A stretch of DNA of 64,000 bases from an uncultured Neomegalonema sp. (GCA_937995735.1 CALKIZ010000012.1:51404-115403); one strand, 5' to 3'. Positions 47,261-57,981 are shown, numbered from the stretch's first letter. Numbers and translations: made by a program. The notes: generated by a model from the letters alone, not told the origin.

Positions 47261-48057
47261 ATGACCGGAGCGGAAACGTGAGCACGAAGTTTGTTTCGAC
47301 AATTCTTGGTGGATTGGCTGGATGCTTTCTGTCGACGACGTTGGCGGCGGCGGTTGAATGCGAGGGCGCGGATCGCTTTAAATGTCTGTCTGAATACGCA
47401 AACGCCGAACTCGACCGCCTCGAGCTGACGCCAAACAAAGATCAAGCTTCTTCATTCAACGCATTAAGCAGCTTTGATATGCTGTCCGACAAAGGCCCTG
47501 AAGAAACCGTTAAACAATGGGAAGCAGATGGCCTGCCCGTCTATGACCTGATCTTGACATTGCTTCTAGCCAACCGTGACAACGACGCGGAGAAAGCCGC
47601 CCTAGCCGCCGAGAAACCATTCTCCTTCGACGCCGACTCTAAAGCGCTGAAAGGCGAACAGGGACTTCAGCAAATGCGCGAAGACCTGAAGTCCTTTTAT
47701 CATGGCGAAGAGGATATGACCTATGCGCGCGCATGTGTCAGCGATGAGGCATTCAAAGATCTTATCGGTGGCGGTGCACAAATGCGGATCGGGGCCTGCC
47801 GCCTGCCCTACGATCCGGTTAACGTTCAACGCGCCTTCGCGATGATGCAACTTCTCAAAGGTGTAACCAGAGACCAAGCTGTCGAGGCAGCGATGCAATA
47901 CGCCTATCGCGTTCCGTCATGCGCTGTCGCGAGTGCAATTATCGAAATTGCCCCAACAGCCACGGCATTGGGTAGCGACAAATCTACCGCCGCTTGGAAA
48001 GTGTTGGACATGGCAACAATATGCGCCGCCGAGATGCTCACGGCACAAGAGCTATAG
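47257..48057 (+). CDS. hypothetical exported Cys-containing helical protein
   Basis: The ATG at 47257 overlaps the zntB stop (ATGA). It has an N-terminal hydrophobic segment (FVSTILGGLAGCFLSTTLAAA). I recognise no family. Confidence 0.5.
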   Translation: MNDRSGNVSTKFVSTILGGLAGCFLSTTLAAAVECEGADRFKCLSEYANAELDRLELTPNKDQASSFNALSSFDMLSDKGPEETVKQWEADGLPVYDLILTLLLANRDNDAEKAALAAEKPFSFDADSKALKGEQGLQQMREDLKSFYHGEEDMTYARACVSDEAFKDLIGGGAQMRIGACRLPYDPVNVQRAFAMMQLLKGVTRDQAVEAAMQYAYRVPSCAVASAIIEIAPTATALGSDKSTAAWKVLDMATICAAEMLTAQEL

Positions 48058-48212
48058 GGTGCGCCCGGCCTCCACTCGCGATTAACGTATCGGTGACAAT
48101 TAACCACGTATGATCGCGCTAAAGGTTTATGCAACGCAATGGCTCTTGATGCAGCGCAGCATTTCGGGCATGGGAGCGGAAACTTCTCCCACAAATTCCC
48201 GGAGCTTTCCCG

Positions 48213-50036
48213 ATGGACCTGCGAAATATCGCGATCATCGCCCACGTTGACCACGGCAAGACAACCCTCGTCGACGAACTTTTAAAACAGTCCGGGTCGT
48301 TTCGCACGAACCAAGCCGTTGCTGAAAGAGCAATGGACTCCAACGACTTAGAGCGTGAACGCGGAATTACCATTCTCGCGAAATGTACATCGGTTGAGTA
48401 CGAGGGCGACCGGATCAACATCGTTGACACGCCCGGTCACGCAGACTTTGGCGGAGAGGTCGAGCGCATTCTCTCTATGGTCGATGGTGTCGTATTGCTG
48501 GTCGATGCTGCCGAAGGGCCAATGCCCCAGACGAAATTTGTGACCTCAAAGGCGCTCGCACTCGGTCTGAAGCCTATCGTCGTGCTCAACAAAGTAGACA
48601 AGAACGACGCTGAACCCGACCGAGCTCTGGACGAGGTATTTGATCTCTTTGCCAATCTCGGGGCCAGCGACGAACAGCTCGATTTCCCTGTGCTCTATGC
48701 ATCAGGCCGCAGCGGTTGGGCTTCGGAGTCTCTTGACGGGGCGAGAGACAGCCTGATCCCGCTTTTCAAACTGGTCATGGCGCATGTCTCCCCTCCCGAG
48801 CAGATCAAGCACGCAAGTGAACCTTTCCGCATGTTGGCCACGACGCTTGGCTCTGATCCATTTATCGGACGAATTCTCACGGGCCGCGTCGAAACCGGAA
48901 CCTTAAAGACCGGTGCGAATATCAAAGCGCTCTCGGTTGACGGGTCAGAGATTGAGCGATTCCGTGTCACCAAAATCCTTGCCTTCCGTGGCCTCAGCCA
49001 ACAGCCGATTGATGAGGCGCAGGCCGGTGACATTGTTGCCCTCGCTGGCATGTCAAAAGCGACCGTCGCGGATACGCTTTGCGATGTTGCCGTTACGGAT
49101 GCCCTCGAAGCACAGCCGATTGACCCGCCGACAATCACGGTAACTTTTGGCATTAATACTAGCCCCTTAGCCGGGCGCGACGGCAAAAAAGTTCAATCGC
49201 GGGTCATCCGTGACCGGCTTATGCGCGAAGCTGAATCGAATGTCGCGATCAAGATCGGCGATACGCCGGGCGGTGAAGCATTCGAAGTCGCCGGGCGCGG
49301 CGAATTGCAGATGGGCGTCTTGATCGAAACCATGCGCCGCGAAGGGTTCGAGCTGTCAATCTCCCGCCCCCGCGTGTTGTTCCGCGAAGAAGGCGGCAAA
49401 ACACTCGAACCGATGGAAGAAGTCACCATTGACGTTGACGAACAATATTCCGGCGTTGTCGTGGAGAAACTCGCACAGCGCAAAGGCGATGTTGTCGAGA
49501 TGAAATCCGCCGGCGCAGGCAAGACAAGGATTATCGCTCATGCTCCGGCACGAGGTCTGATCGGATACCACGGAGAATTTTTGACCGATACCCGAGGAAC
49601 AGGCGTCATGAACCGGGTCTTCCATGACTGGGCTGAATTCCGGGGCGCAATTCAGGGCCGCCGCGCGGGTGTCTTAATTGCAATGAATCAGGGAGACTCG
49701 GTTCCATTTGCGCTCTTCAATCTGGAAGATCGCGGAAAACTGTTCATCGGGTCCGGCGAGCAAGTCTATGAGGGGATGATCATCGGCGAACATTCCCGTG
49801 GAAATGATCTGGAAGTAAATCCGCTCAAAGGCAAAAAACTTACAAACATCCGGGCTTCCGGCAAGGATGAAGCTGTCGTTTTGACAACGCCCATTCGGAT
49901 GTCGCTTGAACAGGCCATCGCCTATATCGATGATGATGAATTGGTTGAAGTCACCCCCAATCATATCCGCCTTCGCAAGCGCCACCTCGACCCTCATGAA
50001 CGCAAGCGACAATCCCGTACTGCCGCATCCGCATGA
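48213..50036 (+). CDS. typA: translational GTPase TypA/BipA
   Basis: [27 protein letters not shown] and NKVD motifs are present, with an EF-G-like domain order. 607 aa. Confidence 0.95.
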   Translation: MDLRNIAIIAHVDHGKTTLVDELLKQSGSFRTNQAVAERAMDSNDLERERGITILAKCTSVEYEGDRINIVDTPGHADFGGEVERILSMVDGVVLLVDAAEGPMPQTKFVTSKALALGLKPIVVLNKVDKNDAEPDRALDEVFDLFANLGASDEQLDFPVLYASGRSGWASESLDGARDSLIPLFKLVMAHVSPPEQIKHASEPFRMLATTLGSDPFIGRILTGRVETGTLKTGANIKALSVDGSEIERFRVTKILAFRGLSQQPIDEAQAGDIVALAGMSKATVADTLCDVAVTDALEAQPIDPPTITVTFGINTSPLAGRDGKKVQSRVIRDRLMREAESNVAIKIGDTPGGEAFEVAGRGELQMGVLIETMRREGFELSISRPRVLFREEGGKTLEPMEEVTIDVDEQYSGVVVEKLAQRKGDVVEMKSAGAGKTRIIAHAPARGLIGYHGEFLTDTRGTGVMNRVFHDWAEFRGAIQGRRAGVLIAMNQGDSVPFALFNLEDRGKLFIGSGEQVYEGMIIGEHSRGNDLEVNPLKGKKLTNIRASGKDEAVVLTTPIRMSLEQAIAYIDDDELVEVTPNHIRLRKRHLDPHERKRQSRTAASA

Positions 50037-50054
50037 GGTTAAAAACCCTGTGAT

Positions 50055-50076
50055 TGAGTCGCAATTTGCGACTCTT
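50055..50076 (+). terminator. rho-independent terminator after typA
   Basis: GAGTCGCA-att-TGCGACTC is followed by a T-rich tract (tttctcgtacttttt). Confidence 0.6.
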
Positions 50077-50271
50077 TCTCGTACTTTTTGCGGCATTCAT
50101 GCAACTTAATAGTGTTAAATTCACGATTTAACTCTGATTAAGCTGCGGAATTTTCGTGATTTTCTTAGTCTCGCCTATACAAGTAACGTATTTGTTAACT
50201 TTTGGCGCATTCATTGCTTATGATTAACCGCGCGTTAACCAGGAGCGCAGCGAACAAAGGATGCGAGACTT

Positions 50272-50676
50272 ATGAAACATCATGTTGACGTCCATGTAGG
50301 GCAACGCATTCGACGTCGCCGCTGGATGGTTGGAATGACTCAACAGCAACTTGGAGAAGCTGTTGGAATTAAGTTTCAGCAAATTCAAAAATATGAAACG
50401 GGCATGAACCGAGTTTCGGCAAGTCGCCTTTATGAAATATCGAAGGCACTTGATGTACCTGTGGCTTTCTTCTTCGACGCTGTTGATGAACCAGCGAATG
50501 AAAATGAAGCAACGAGTCAGGTCGCAGATTTGGTCATTGATAAATCGGAAGCACCTGCCGCCGATTTGTTCACTGACAAAGAAGCTCTTGAACTCATCCG
50601 CTGTTATTTCAGGCTCCCGGAAGAACCTCGTAAACGGTTGTTCGAACTGACACGCTCGCTGACCAAAGCAGCTTAA
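50272..50676 (+). CDS. XRE-family helix-turn-helix transcriptional regulator
   Basis: The HTH region is VGQRIRRRRWMVGMTQQQLGEAVGIKFQQIQKYETGMNRVSASRLYEISKAL. 134 aa. Confidence 0.85.
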   Translation: MKHHVDVHVGQRIRRRRWMVGMTQQQLGEAVGIKFQQIQKYETGMNRVSASRLYEISKALDVPVAFFFDAVDEPANENEATSQVADLVIDKSEAPAADLFTDKEALELIRCYFRLPEEPRKRLFELTRSLTKAA

Positions 50677-50806
50677 GCGGCACGCTCCACAAAATAACCG
50701 AAATGATTTTAGGTCGGCTTTTTGATGGGATTGTAAAGTAGAGTTGCGTAGACTCTCTGCATTGTGTTGAGTAGCGTTTGTAGCAGAGACGAAAGCAGGC
50801 CGCTTG

Positions 50807-51625
50807 ATGAATACTGAATCGCCAAACCTTGCGACTGATCTTGATGTCGCAGTGGCTTTGGCCGACGCCGCCAGAGTATGCGCTTTAAAATACTTCCGAT
50901 CTGAAAGCTTGCATATCGACAATAAGCTCCTCGCGGATGGCGCTTTTGATCCTGTGACGGTTGCTGACCGCAACGTCGAAAAAGAAATCCGTACAATCCT
51001 CGCACAAGCCCGCCCCGATGATGGCGTTCTCGGCGAAGAGGATAGCGATACAATCGGATCATCCGGGCGCAGTTGGGTCATCGATCCGATAGACGGAACA
51101 CGCGCCTTTATGTGCGGTTTGCCGACGTGGGGAGTTTTGATTGCACTGAATAACAATGGCCGTCCTTTTCTCGGTGTGATGGATCAACCCTTCACGAGAG
51201 AACGGTACATAGGCGTTGTCGAAGAAAAGTCATCGACCGCGCGCTACCAGCACAATGGCATTGAATATGCTATCAGCACCCGGCACTGCAAAACCGTCAC
51301 CGATGCCGTAATGTGCTCGACCGCACCCGATGCCTTTGGCAGTGCTGAAGACATTAAAGCCTTCTCGCGTTTATCATCGCACACACGGCTGACCAGATAC
51401 GGGACCGACTGTTACGGCTATGCGATGCTGGCGCGAGGCCATGTTGATCTCGTGGTGGAGTCCGGCCTGCAAGCCTATGACATTCAGGCAATGATGCCGA
51501 TTGTAGAAGCCGCAGGCGGTATCATCACAAACTGGCAAGGCGGCGATTGCTCCCAAGGCGGACAGGTCATCGCCGCCGGAAGCGCAACACTGCATCAAGA
51601 AGCGATGGCGATACTGGCGGGTTGA
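50807..51625 (+). CDS. inositol monophosphatase-family protein (histidinol-phosphatase HisN-like)
   Basis: GEE...WVIDPIDGTRAF and the WD...G-type motifs of the IMPase fold are present. Confidence 0.75.
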   Translation: MNTESPNLATDLDVAVALADAARVCALKYFRSESLHIDNKLLADGAFDPVTVADRNVEKEIRTILAQARPDDGVLGEEDSDTIGSSGRSWVIDPIDGTRAFMCGLPTWGVLIALNNNGRPFLGVMDQPFTRERYIGVVEEKSSTARYQHNGIEYAISTRHCKTVTDAVMCSTAPDAFGSAEDIKAFSRLSSHTRLTRYGTDCYGYAMLARGHVDLVVESGLQAYDIQAMMPIVEAAGGIITNWQGGDCSQGGQVIAAGSATLHQEAMAILAG

Positions 51626-51626
51626 C

Positions 51627-52298
51627 TTATCGCAACGCCAAGCGAAGTGCCGCCGCTGCGACCAGCGGGCAAAGCGGCAAACAAGCCAGCGTAATCGCAC
51701 CCAGCAACATCAGATAGGGCGATGCATCCAATCCACTCGCCGCAGCATTCCCCGCCAAGGCCCCCAAGACCAGAGTCGGCACATAGAGCGGCAACACCAG
51801 CACGGCTGTCAAAACGCCGCCGCGTCTCATCCCCGACGTCAGCGCCGCACCGATCGCTCCAATCATACTCAGCGATGGCGTTCCAAGCGCAAGCGACGCG
51901 ATCATCGCAACATAAGCCTCACCGGGCATATTCAACGTAATCGCCATCAACGGTGCAGCGATCAGTAGCGGCAACCCTGTCGTCAACCAATGAGCCAAAC
52001 ATTTCGCCAGCACAGTCACTTCGAGCGGCAGCGGCGACAGCGCGAGCAAGTCCATCGACCCGTCTTCGACATCTGCCTGAAACAATCGATCCAATGTCAG
52101 CATACAGGCGAGAAGCGCAGCAATCCAAAGCATCCCCGGCGCGATGACCCCGAGCAAATCCGGCTTCGGCCCAACGCCAAACGGAACCAACACCGCTGCG
52201 ATCACAAAAAAAGCAACCCCCAGCGCACCGCCGCCCCCCGTGCGTAAAGCAAGCGCTAAATCGCGGCGCACCATCGTCCAAAATGCACCCATCACCAA
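51627..52298 (-). CDS. ccmB: heme exporter permease CcmB
   Basis: 223 aa with six TM helices. It overlaps ccmA by 7 nt. Confidence 0.85.
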   Translation of the reverse strand: MVMGAFWTMVRRDLALALRTGGGGALGVAFFVIAAVLVPFGVGPKPDLLGVIAPGMLWIAALLACMLTLDRLFQADVEDGSMDLLALSPLPLEVTVLAKCLAHWLTTGLPLLIAAPLMAITLNMPGEAYVAMIASLALGTPSLSMIGAIGAALTSGMRRGGVLTAVLVLPLYVPTLVLGALAGNAAASGLDASPYLMLLGAITLACLPLCPLVAAAALRLALR

Positions 52299-52966
52299 GC
52301 ATCGCCCGAGAGCACGAGATCATCCGCGTTCATAATCCCCTCTTTCGGCTTGGCAACAAAGGCCGCCGGATCGAGAGTTTTCGCGGACGGAATTGCCAAG
52401 TCAATATGTGTTGCCGCGACGACAATCCCTCCGCTCTCACAACGCTGCCGCGCCAATGCCGCGACACGTGCTGACGATTCCGCATCCAGCGAGACAGTCG
52501 GTTCATCCAGCAGCCAAAGAGGACGATCAATCAAGGCCAGCCGCGACAACCCAAGGCGTCGCCTCTGACCCGCCGATAAAGTGCGGACATGATGGTCGGC
52601 GAGTTTCTCAAGGCCAAGCGCCGCCACCGCTATCGGCACATTGTCGCGCGGCGCTCCGTAAATTTGCGCCCAGAATGTCAGAGTCTCACTCACCGTCAAC
52701 GCGGGCTTCACCGCATCAAGGTGGCCGGTGTAAAGCAGATGCGATTGAAACTCCGCGCGATCTTCTTTCAGCGATACAGCGCCAAATCTTGCATCGCCTT
52801 CATCAGCGCGAAGGAGGCCCGCCAATATACGCAGCAAAGTCGATTTCCCTGCACCATTCGGCCCGGCAAGTATCAACGCTTCACCAGCGTCGACCCCAAC
52901 ACCCAGTTCAGCAAACACCGTGCGCCCTGCGCGGACACACCGCAAATTCTCGATATTCAAATTCAT
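52292..52966 (-). CDS. ccmA: heme ABC exporter ATP-binding protein CcmA
   Basis: Walker A GPNGAGKST, LSAGQRRRLGLSR and WLLDEP are present. About 210-224 aa. Confidence 0.85.
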   Translation of the reverse strand: MNLNIENLRCVRAGRTVFAELGVGVDAGEALILAGPNGAGKSTLLRILAGLLRADEGDARFGAVSLKEDRAEFQSHLLYTGHLDAVKPALTVSETLTFWAQIYGAPRDNVPIAVAALGLEKLADHHVRTLSAGQRRRLGLSRLALIDRPLWLLDEPTVSLDAESSARVAALARQRCESGGIVVAATHIDLAIPSAKTLDPAAFVAKPKEGIMNADDLVLSGDAW

Positions 52967-53192
52967 ATCGCTTGCTTATCGAAGGTAATCCGATGCGTGA
53001 AGCCCTATGCGTTCATGTCACAGGCACGTGCACGCCATACAGCTTGGATCCGCAAAACCAATATGCATAAAAATTAGGACTTAAATTTTTTTTGAGTAAA
53101 TTTTCAGCAATAATTCTTACCCGAAAAATAAAAACTCTAATGAATTTCAAAATACCCCATTATTTTCAATGCAATAAAGAGCATCAAATAAA

Positions 53193-53208
53193 TGGCACGT
53201 CTTTTGAA
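53193..53208 (+). promoter_or_regulatory. sigma-54 (-24/-12) promoter candidate for glnK-amtB
   Basis: TGGCACgtcttTTGAa compares with the consensus TGGCAC-N5-TTGCW. It lies about 65 nt upstream of the glnK GTG, in an AT-rich 300-bp intergenic region. Confidence 0.5.
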
Positions 53209-53257
53209 ATGTTAATCTTTGCGGGGCGGTATACATGCCCCGCGTTCGATAAGATGA

Positions 53258-53611
<354 letters not shown>

Positions 53612-53658
53612 TTAATTCTACCCTACTATCAAATGACGATCCAAGAGGGACTGCTAAG

Positions 53659-55029
53659 ATGAACAAGTCAACCTTTGTCGGCGGAGTAGCGGCACTATCG
53701 CTATTCACCTTACCTGCTTTCGCACAAGACGCCTCAGACGCAATACATGGGGACTCCGTTTTCGTTTTCAATACCCTGCTGTTCTTGATCGGAGGTTTTC
53801 TGGTCATGTGGATGGCGGCGGGCTTTGCGATGCTTGAGGCCGGTTTGGTCCGCAGCAAAAACGTCTCCATGCAATGCACGAAAAATATCGCCCTCTTCTC
53901 GCTTGCGGGGATCATGTTCACGCTTGTCGGATATAACGTCCTCTATCCCGGCGATGGCAATTGGTTGATCGAGGGGTGGGTTGGTGACCCATCGGTCAAA
54001 GATATCAAGTTGCTGGATGCTGATGGCAATCCGACAGTCGCGGCGGGTGACGGGTATTCGTCCGGCTCGGATTTCTTCTTTCAGTTAATGTTCTGCGCAG
54101 CAACCGCTTCAATCGTGTCGGGTACACTGGCGGAACGGATAAAGCTCTGGCCGTTTTTAATCTTCACTGCAATCCTCACGGGATTGATCTATCCAATCGT
54201 CGCGTCATGGCAATGGGGTGGCGGCGTCCTGTCCGCAGCCGGCTTCTCGGATTTCGCAGGCTCGACTCTGGTTCACTCCGTAGGCGGTTGGGCGGCTCTA
54301 GCAGGTGCGATTTTGTTGGGCGCTCGGAGCGGAAAATTCCGCGATGGCCAAGTCCATCCGATGCCGGGGTCTTCGATGCCATTGGCCACGCTCGGTACAT
54401 TTATTCTGTGGCTCGGTTGGTTTGGTTTCAACGGCGGCTCACAGCTTGCGCTTGGATCGGTCAGCGATGCAGATGCAGTCAGTCAGATCTTCGCAAACAC
54501 CAACATAGCAGCCTCCGGCGGCGCATTGGCTGCAATGATCCTCACGCAAATACTCTACGGTAAAGTCGATTTGACGATGGTGCTGAACGGCGCGCTGGCC
54601 GGGCTTGTCTCCATCACCGCCGAACCACTCGCGCCCACAATGATCGAGTCTATGCTGATCGGCGCAGTTGGCGGCGTAATTGTTGTCTTCGCGGTTCCTA
54701 TGCTCGACAGAATGCGCATTGACGATGTTGTCGGCGCAATCCCTGTTCACTTGCTTGCGGGCATCTGGGGCACGATTGCCGTTGCCTTCAACACTCAGAC
54801 CGAAGGCCCGGATGGTATCCGTAGCGTAAGCGAACAAATTTCTATCCAACTTTACGGCATCGGGCTTGTTGGCCTCTTCACATTCGTGGCCAGTTTTGCA
54901 TTATGGATGGTGTTGAAATTGTTGTTCGGAATCCGCGTCAGCGAGGAAGACGAATACATCGGGCTGGATGCCGCTGAAATCGGCATCGAAGCCTATCCCG
55001 AGTTCGGAAAAGGATCGCAGTCCCTCTGA
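53659..55029 (+). CDS. amtB: ammonium transporter AmtB
   Basis: The ATG at 53659 follows AGAGGGA. It has a signal peptide ending AFAQD and the Amt signature regions (AGFAMLEAG, DFAGS..VH..GG). Confidence 0.9.
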   Translation: MNKSTFVGGVAALSLFTLPAFAQDASDAIHGDSVFVFNTLLFLIGGFLVMWMAAGFAMLEAGLVRSKNVSMQCTKNIALFSLAGIMFTLVGYNVLYPGDGNWLIEGWVGDPSVKDIKLLDADGNPTVAAGDGYSSGSDFFFQLMFCAATASIVSGTLAERIKLWPFLIFTAILTGLIYPIVASWQWGGGVLSAAGFSDFAGSTLVHSVGGWAALAGAILLGARSGKFRDGQVHPMPGSSMPLATLGTFILWLGWFGFNGGSQLALGSVSDADAVSQIFANTNIAASGGALAAMILTQILYGKVDLTMVLNGALAGLVSITAEPLAPTMIESMLIGAVGGVIVVFAVPMLDRMRIDDVVGAIPVHLLAGIWGTIAVAFNTQTEGPDGIRSVSEQISIQLYGIGLVGLFTFVASFALWMVLKLLFGIRVSEEDEYIGLDAAEIGIEAYPEFGKGSQSL

Positions 55030-55045
55030 TCCTTTTCCGTTCTAG

Positions 55046-55082
55046 CCCGCTTCCGGTTGGTCCACTGCCAATCGGAAGCGGG
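55046..55082. terminator. 10-bp perfect hairpin between convergent amtB and the GcvT-like gene
   Basis: CCCGCTTCCG-17 nt-CGGAAGCGGG. There is no strong T-run. Confidence 0.4.
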
Positions 55083-55124
55083 GTATCCCTTCAGGACTTT
55101 GTGACGCCTCACGGCGACCCATTG

Positions 55125-56270
55125 TCACCCGCCTGACGCAATCTTTTTCTTTGGATCAAAGAACGGTTTTTCCACAACACGCGCCCGCACCGTACCCGAT
55201 GGCATCTCGACCTCAAGGTCAGTCCCCACATCAGCGCCTTCAACAGATACCATCGCAAGAGCAATGTTCTGTTCCAGACGCGGTGAGTAAATCGCTGATG
55301 TCACCTTGCCAATCACCACGCCATTCAGACTCACCGGCCAAAATGTTGTGTTCGGCCCGGACAACCGCTCGCCCTCAATCCGCAAGCCAATCTGCTTACG
55401 GGTCACGCCTTCCGCGCGAATGCGCGTCAAAGCATCTTTGCCGATAAAATCAGCATCCATATCGAGATCAACCAACCTGTCCATCCCCAATTCAAAAGGA
55501 TTGGTCCCAATATCCATATCTGCATGATACGACAGCATACCCCCTTCGATACGACGGATCGACGAGGTATGTCCGGGCTTCAGACCAAACGGCGCTCCGG
55601 CTTCCATGATCTTATCCCACAGCTCGCCGCCCCGTGACCCGTCTTGCAAATAGAGTTCATACCCCAGCTCGCTGGACCACCCTGTGCGCGAGACAATCAG
55701 CGGAATACCATCCAACTCTACTTCGCGCAGCCAGTAATACCGCAAGTCGGAAATACTCTCCCCGAACAACGCCTTCATCACCTCGCCGGATTTCGGTCCT
55801 TGCAGTTGAAGGGGCGAGACATCGGGTTCGCGGATCGTCACATCCAGACCGGCATGAACCGCCACACCTTGCGCCCAGAACAAAACATCGCTGTCTGCCA
55901 GCGAAATCCAAAAATGGTTTTCACCGAGGCGCAATAAAATCGGGTCGTTGAGAATCCCGCCCTCAGCGTTTGTGATCAGGATATATTTGCATTGTCCCAC
56001 TGCCAGCTTTGACAGATCACGCGAGGTCAACGTTTGAACGAACTTTGCGGCATCGGGACCGGTAATTTCGACCTGCCGTTCAACAGCGACATCACAGAGA
56101 ATCGCATCATTGACGAGGTTCCAGAAGTTCTGCTCCGGGTCGCCAAAATCGCGCGGTATATACATATGATTGTAGACGGAAAACGCTGTCGCCCCCCAGC
56201 GCACCGTGGCATCGAAGTAAGGCGATTTTCGAATTTGTGTTCCGAAACCAAATTTATCTGCATCGGTCAT
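55125..56270 (-). CDS. GcvT-family aminomethyltransferase (DmdA-like / demethylase-type)
   Basis: 381 aa. CDVAVERQVEITGPDA, ILNDP, DVSPLQLQGPKS and SRTGWSSELGYELY are typical of tetrahydrofolate-dependent GcvT-fold demethylases. Substrate cannot be assigned from the sequence. Confidence 0.7.
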   Translation of the reverse strand: MTDADKFGFGTQIRKSPYFDATVRWGATAFSVYNHMYIPRDFGDPEQNFWNLVNDAILCDVAVERQVEITGPDAAKFVQTLTSRDLSKLAVGQCKYILITNAEGGILNDPILLRLGENHFWISLADSDVLFWAQGVAVHAGLDVTIREPDVSPLQLQGPKSGEVMKALFGESISDLRYYWLREVELDGIPLIVSRTGWSSELGYELYLQDGSRGGELWDKIMEAGAPFGLKPGHTSSIRRIEGGMLSYHADMDIGTNPFELGMDRLVDLDMDADFIGKDALTRIRAEGVTRKQIGLRIEGERLSGPNTTFWPVSLNGVVIGKVTSAIYSPRLEQNIALAMVSVEGADVGTDLEVEMPSGTVRARVVEKPFFDPKKKIASGG

Positions 56271-56335
56271 GTGACTGCTTTCTGTAAAAGCTTAGGCGGT
56301 CTGAGCAGAATCCACACCGCCCACCCCAAAAGCTG

Positions 56336-57925
56336 TCACGTCATAATCATATCGGCGGCCTTCTCTGCGATCATTACCGTCGCTGCATTCGTATTTCCCG
56401 ACACGAGGCGCGGCATGATTGACGCATCGACAACACGTAAGCCATCGACGCCATTCACCTTTAAATCAGGCGAGAGCACATCGTCCTCATTCGGTCCCAT
56501 CGCGCACGTGCAAGTCGGGTGATAGATCGTCGTCCCGAACGCGCGGCAATACTCGAGCAGCGCCTCATCGCTCTCGGCTTCCGGTCCCGGTATCTTTTCG
56601 CCGTCCGAGAATTCCGCCATAGGTTCGGCGTTTAGAATCTCCCGCAAGCGCCTCAGCGCCGCAACGCTCGTATCGCGGTCATAATCGGTTGAGAGATAAT
56701 TCGCTCTAATCTCAGGCGGGCGTGCGGGGTCATCGGAAACGATATGCACACTCCCCCGGCTTTCAGGGCGCAGCAAACAGATCGACGCCGTATAGCCGGA
56801 GAACGTGTGCAAAGCATCACCCATTTTATCAACGCTGAAAGTCAGAAAATGCACCTGCGTATCCGGCGTCTCCGCCTCGGGACGCGCTTTGAAAAATGCC
56901 GTCCCGTATCCAGCCGCCACCGCCAGCGGTCCCCGTCGCCGCAACAGAAATTTCAGCCCCATGCCGATGCGCCCACGCAAGCTGTGATACTGATCGTTCA
57001 CAGTAACCGGTTGCTTACATTTCATCACAATGCGCGCCTGCAAGTGATCCTGTAAATTCTCGCCAACCTTTGGACTGTCATGCAGCACAGAGATGCCCTG
57101 CCCGGACAGCCGCGCGCCATCCCCGATGCCGGACAACTCCAGCAGTTGCGGCGAGTTAATTGCTCCCCCGGACAAGATCACCTCGCCCCGAGCAAAAGCC
57201 CGGCGCGTTTCATCCCCTTGCCGATATTCGACCCCGACCGCGCGCTTGCCCTCAAACAAAATCCGCGTCGCAAAAGCCTCAGTTTCGACCTTCAGATTGG
57301 TGCGGGATTTCGCCGGGCGCAGATAGCCCTTCGCCGTACTCCAGCGCCAACCATTACGCATGGTGTTCTGGAAATAACCGACACCCTCTTGGTTTTCACC
57401 ATTGAAGTCGGGATTAAAAGGCAGACCCACGCTTTCGCCCGCCTTCACAAAAGCATCCACGAGCGGGCTGGTATCGCGGGCTTCGGATACCGCAAGCGGC
57501 CCGCCCGTCCCATGCCAATCATCGCCGCTGCGCTCCTGATCTTCGGCACGGATAAAATACGGAAGCACATCATCGAAGGACCATCCCGTACAGCCAAGCT
57601 GACGCCAAACATCAAAGTCCCGTTGCTGACCCCGAATATAGATCAAGCCATTGATCGAGCTTGACCCGCCCAACACTTTGCCGCGCGGCTGCACAATTCG
57701 CCGCCCGTTCAATTCCGGTTCAGGCTCGGTCTGATACAGCCAGTTCACGCGCTCGTCAGAGAACAGTTTCGCATAACCAATTGGAATATGAATCCAAGGA
57801 TTCCAGTCTTTCGGCCCCGCTTCCAGCAACAACACCGAATCCGTCCCGCTGGCCGACAATCGGTTCGCCAAAACACAGCCAGCCGACCCCGCACCCACAA
57901 TGATATAATCAAATGAATCGCTCAT
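56336..57925 (-). CDS. GMC-family FAD oxidoreductase (choline dehydrogenase-like)
   Basis: The N-terminal FAD motif is DYIIVGAGSAGCVLANRLS. GMC signature regions and a C-terminal active-site H are present. 529 aa. Confidence 0.85.
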   Translation of the reverse strand: MSDSFDYIIVGAGSAGCVLANRLSASGTDSVLLLEAGPKDWNPWIHIPIGYAKLFSDERVNWLYQTEPEPELNGRRIVQPRGKVLGGSSSINGLIYIRGQQRDFDVWRQLGCTGWSFDDVLPYFIRAEDQERSGDDWHGTGGPLAVSEARDTSPLVDAFVKAGESVGLPFNPDFNGENQEGVGYFQNTMRNGWRWSTAKGYLRPAKSRTNLKVETEAFATRILFEGKRAVGVEYRQGDETRRAFARGEVILSGGAINSPQLLELSGIGDGARLSGQGISVLHDSPKVGENLQDHLQARIVMKCKQPVTVNDQYHSLRGRIGMGLKFLLRRRGPLAVAAGYGTAFFKARPEAETPDTQVHFLTFSVDKMGDALHTFSGYTASICLLRPESRGSVHIVSDDPARPPEIRANYLSTDYDRDTSVAALRRLREILNAEPMAEFSDGEKIPGPEAESDEALLEYCRAFGTTIYHPTCTCAMGPNEDDVLSPDLKVNGVDGLRVVDASIMPRLVSGNTNAATVMIAEKAADMIMT

Positions 57926-57981
57926 ACAGCGACCCTATCGCGTGTTAGAATTTAGTCGAACAGATTCCACGGTGAACCGCC

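Noticed and set aside
50224-51156. 310-aa minus-strand ORF
   Set aside because: It is antisense to two well-supported + strand genes, the XRE regulator and the IMPase-family protein. Its composition is Ser/Arg/Phe-rich and low-complexity, with no motifs.
52393-53070. 225-aa and 162-aa + strand ORFs
   Set aside because: They are antisense to ccmA, which has clear Walker motifs. They have the Arg/Pro/Ser-rich composition typical of shadow ORFs.
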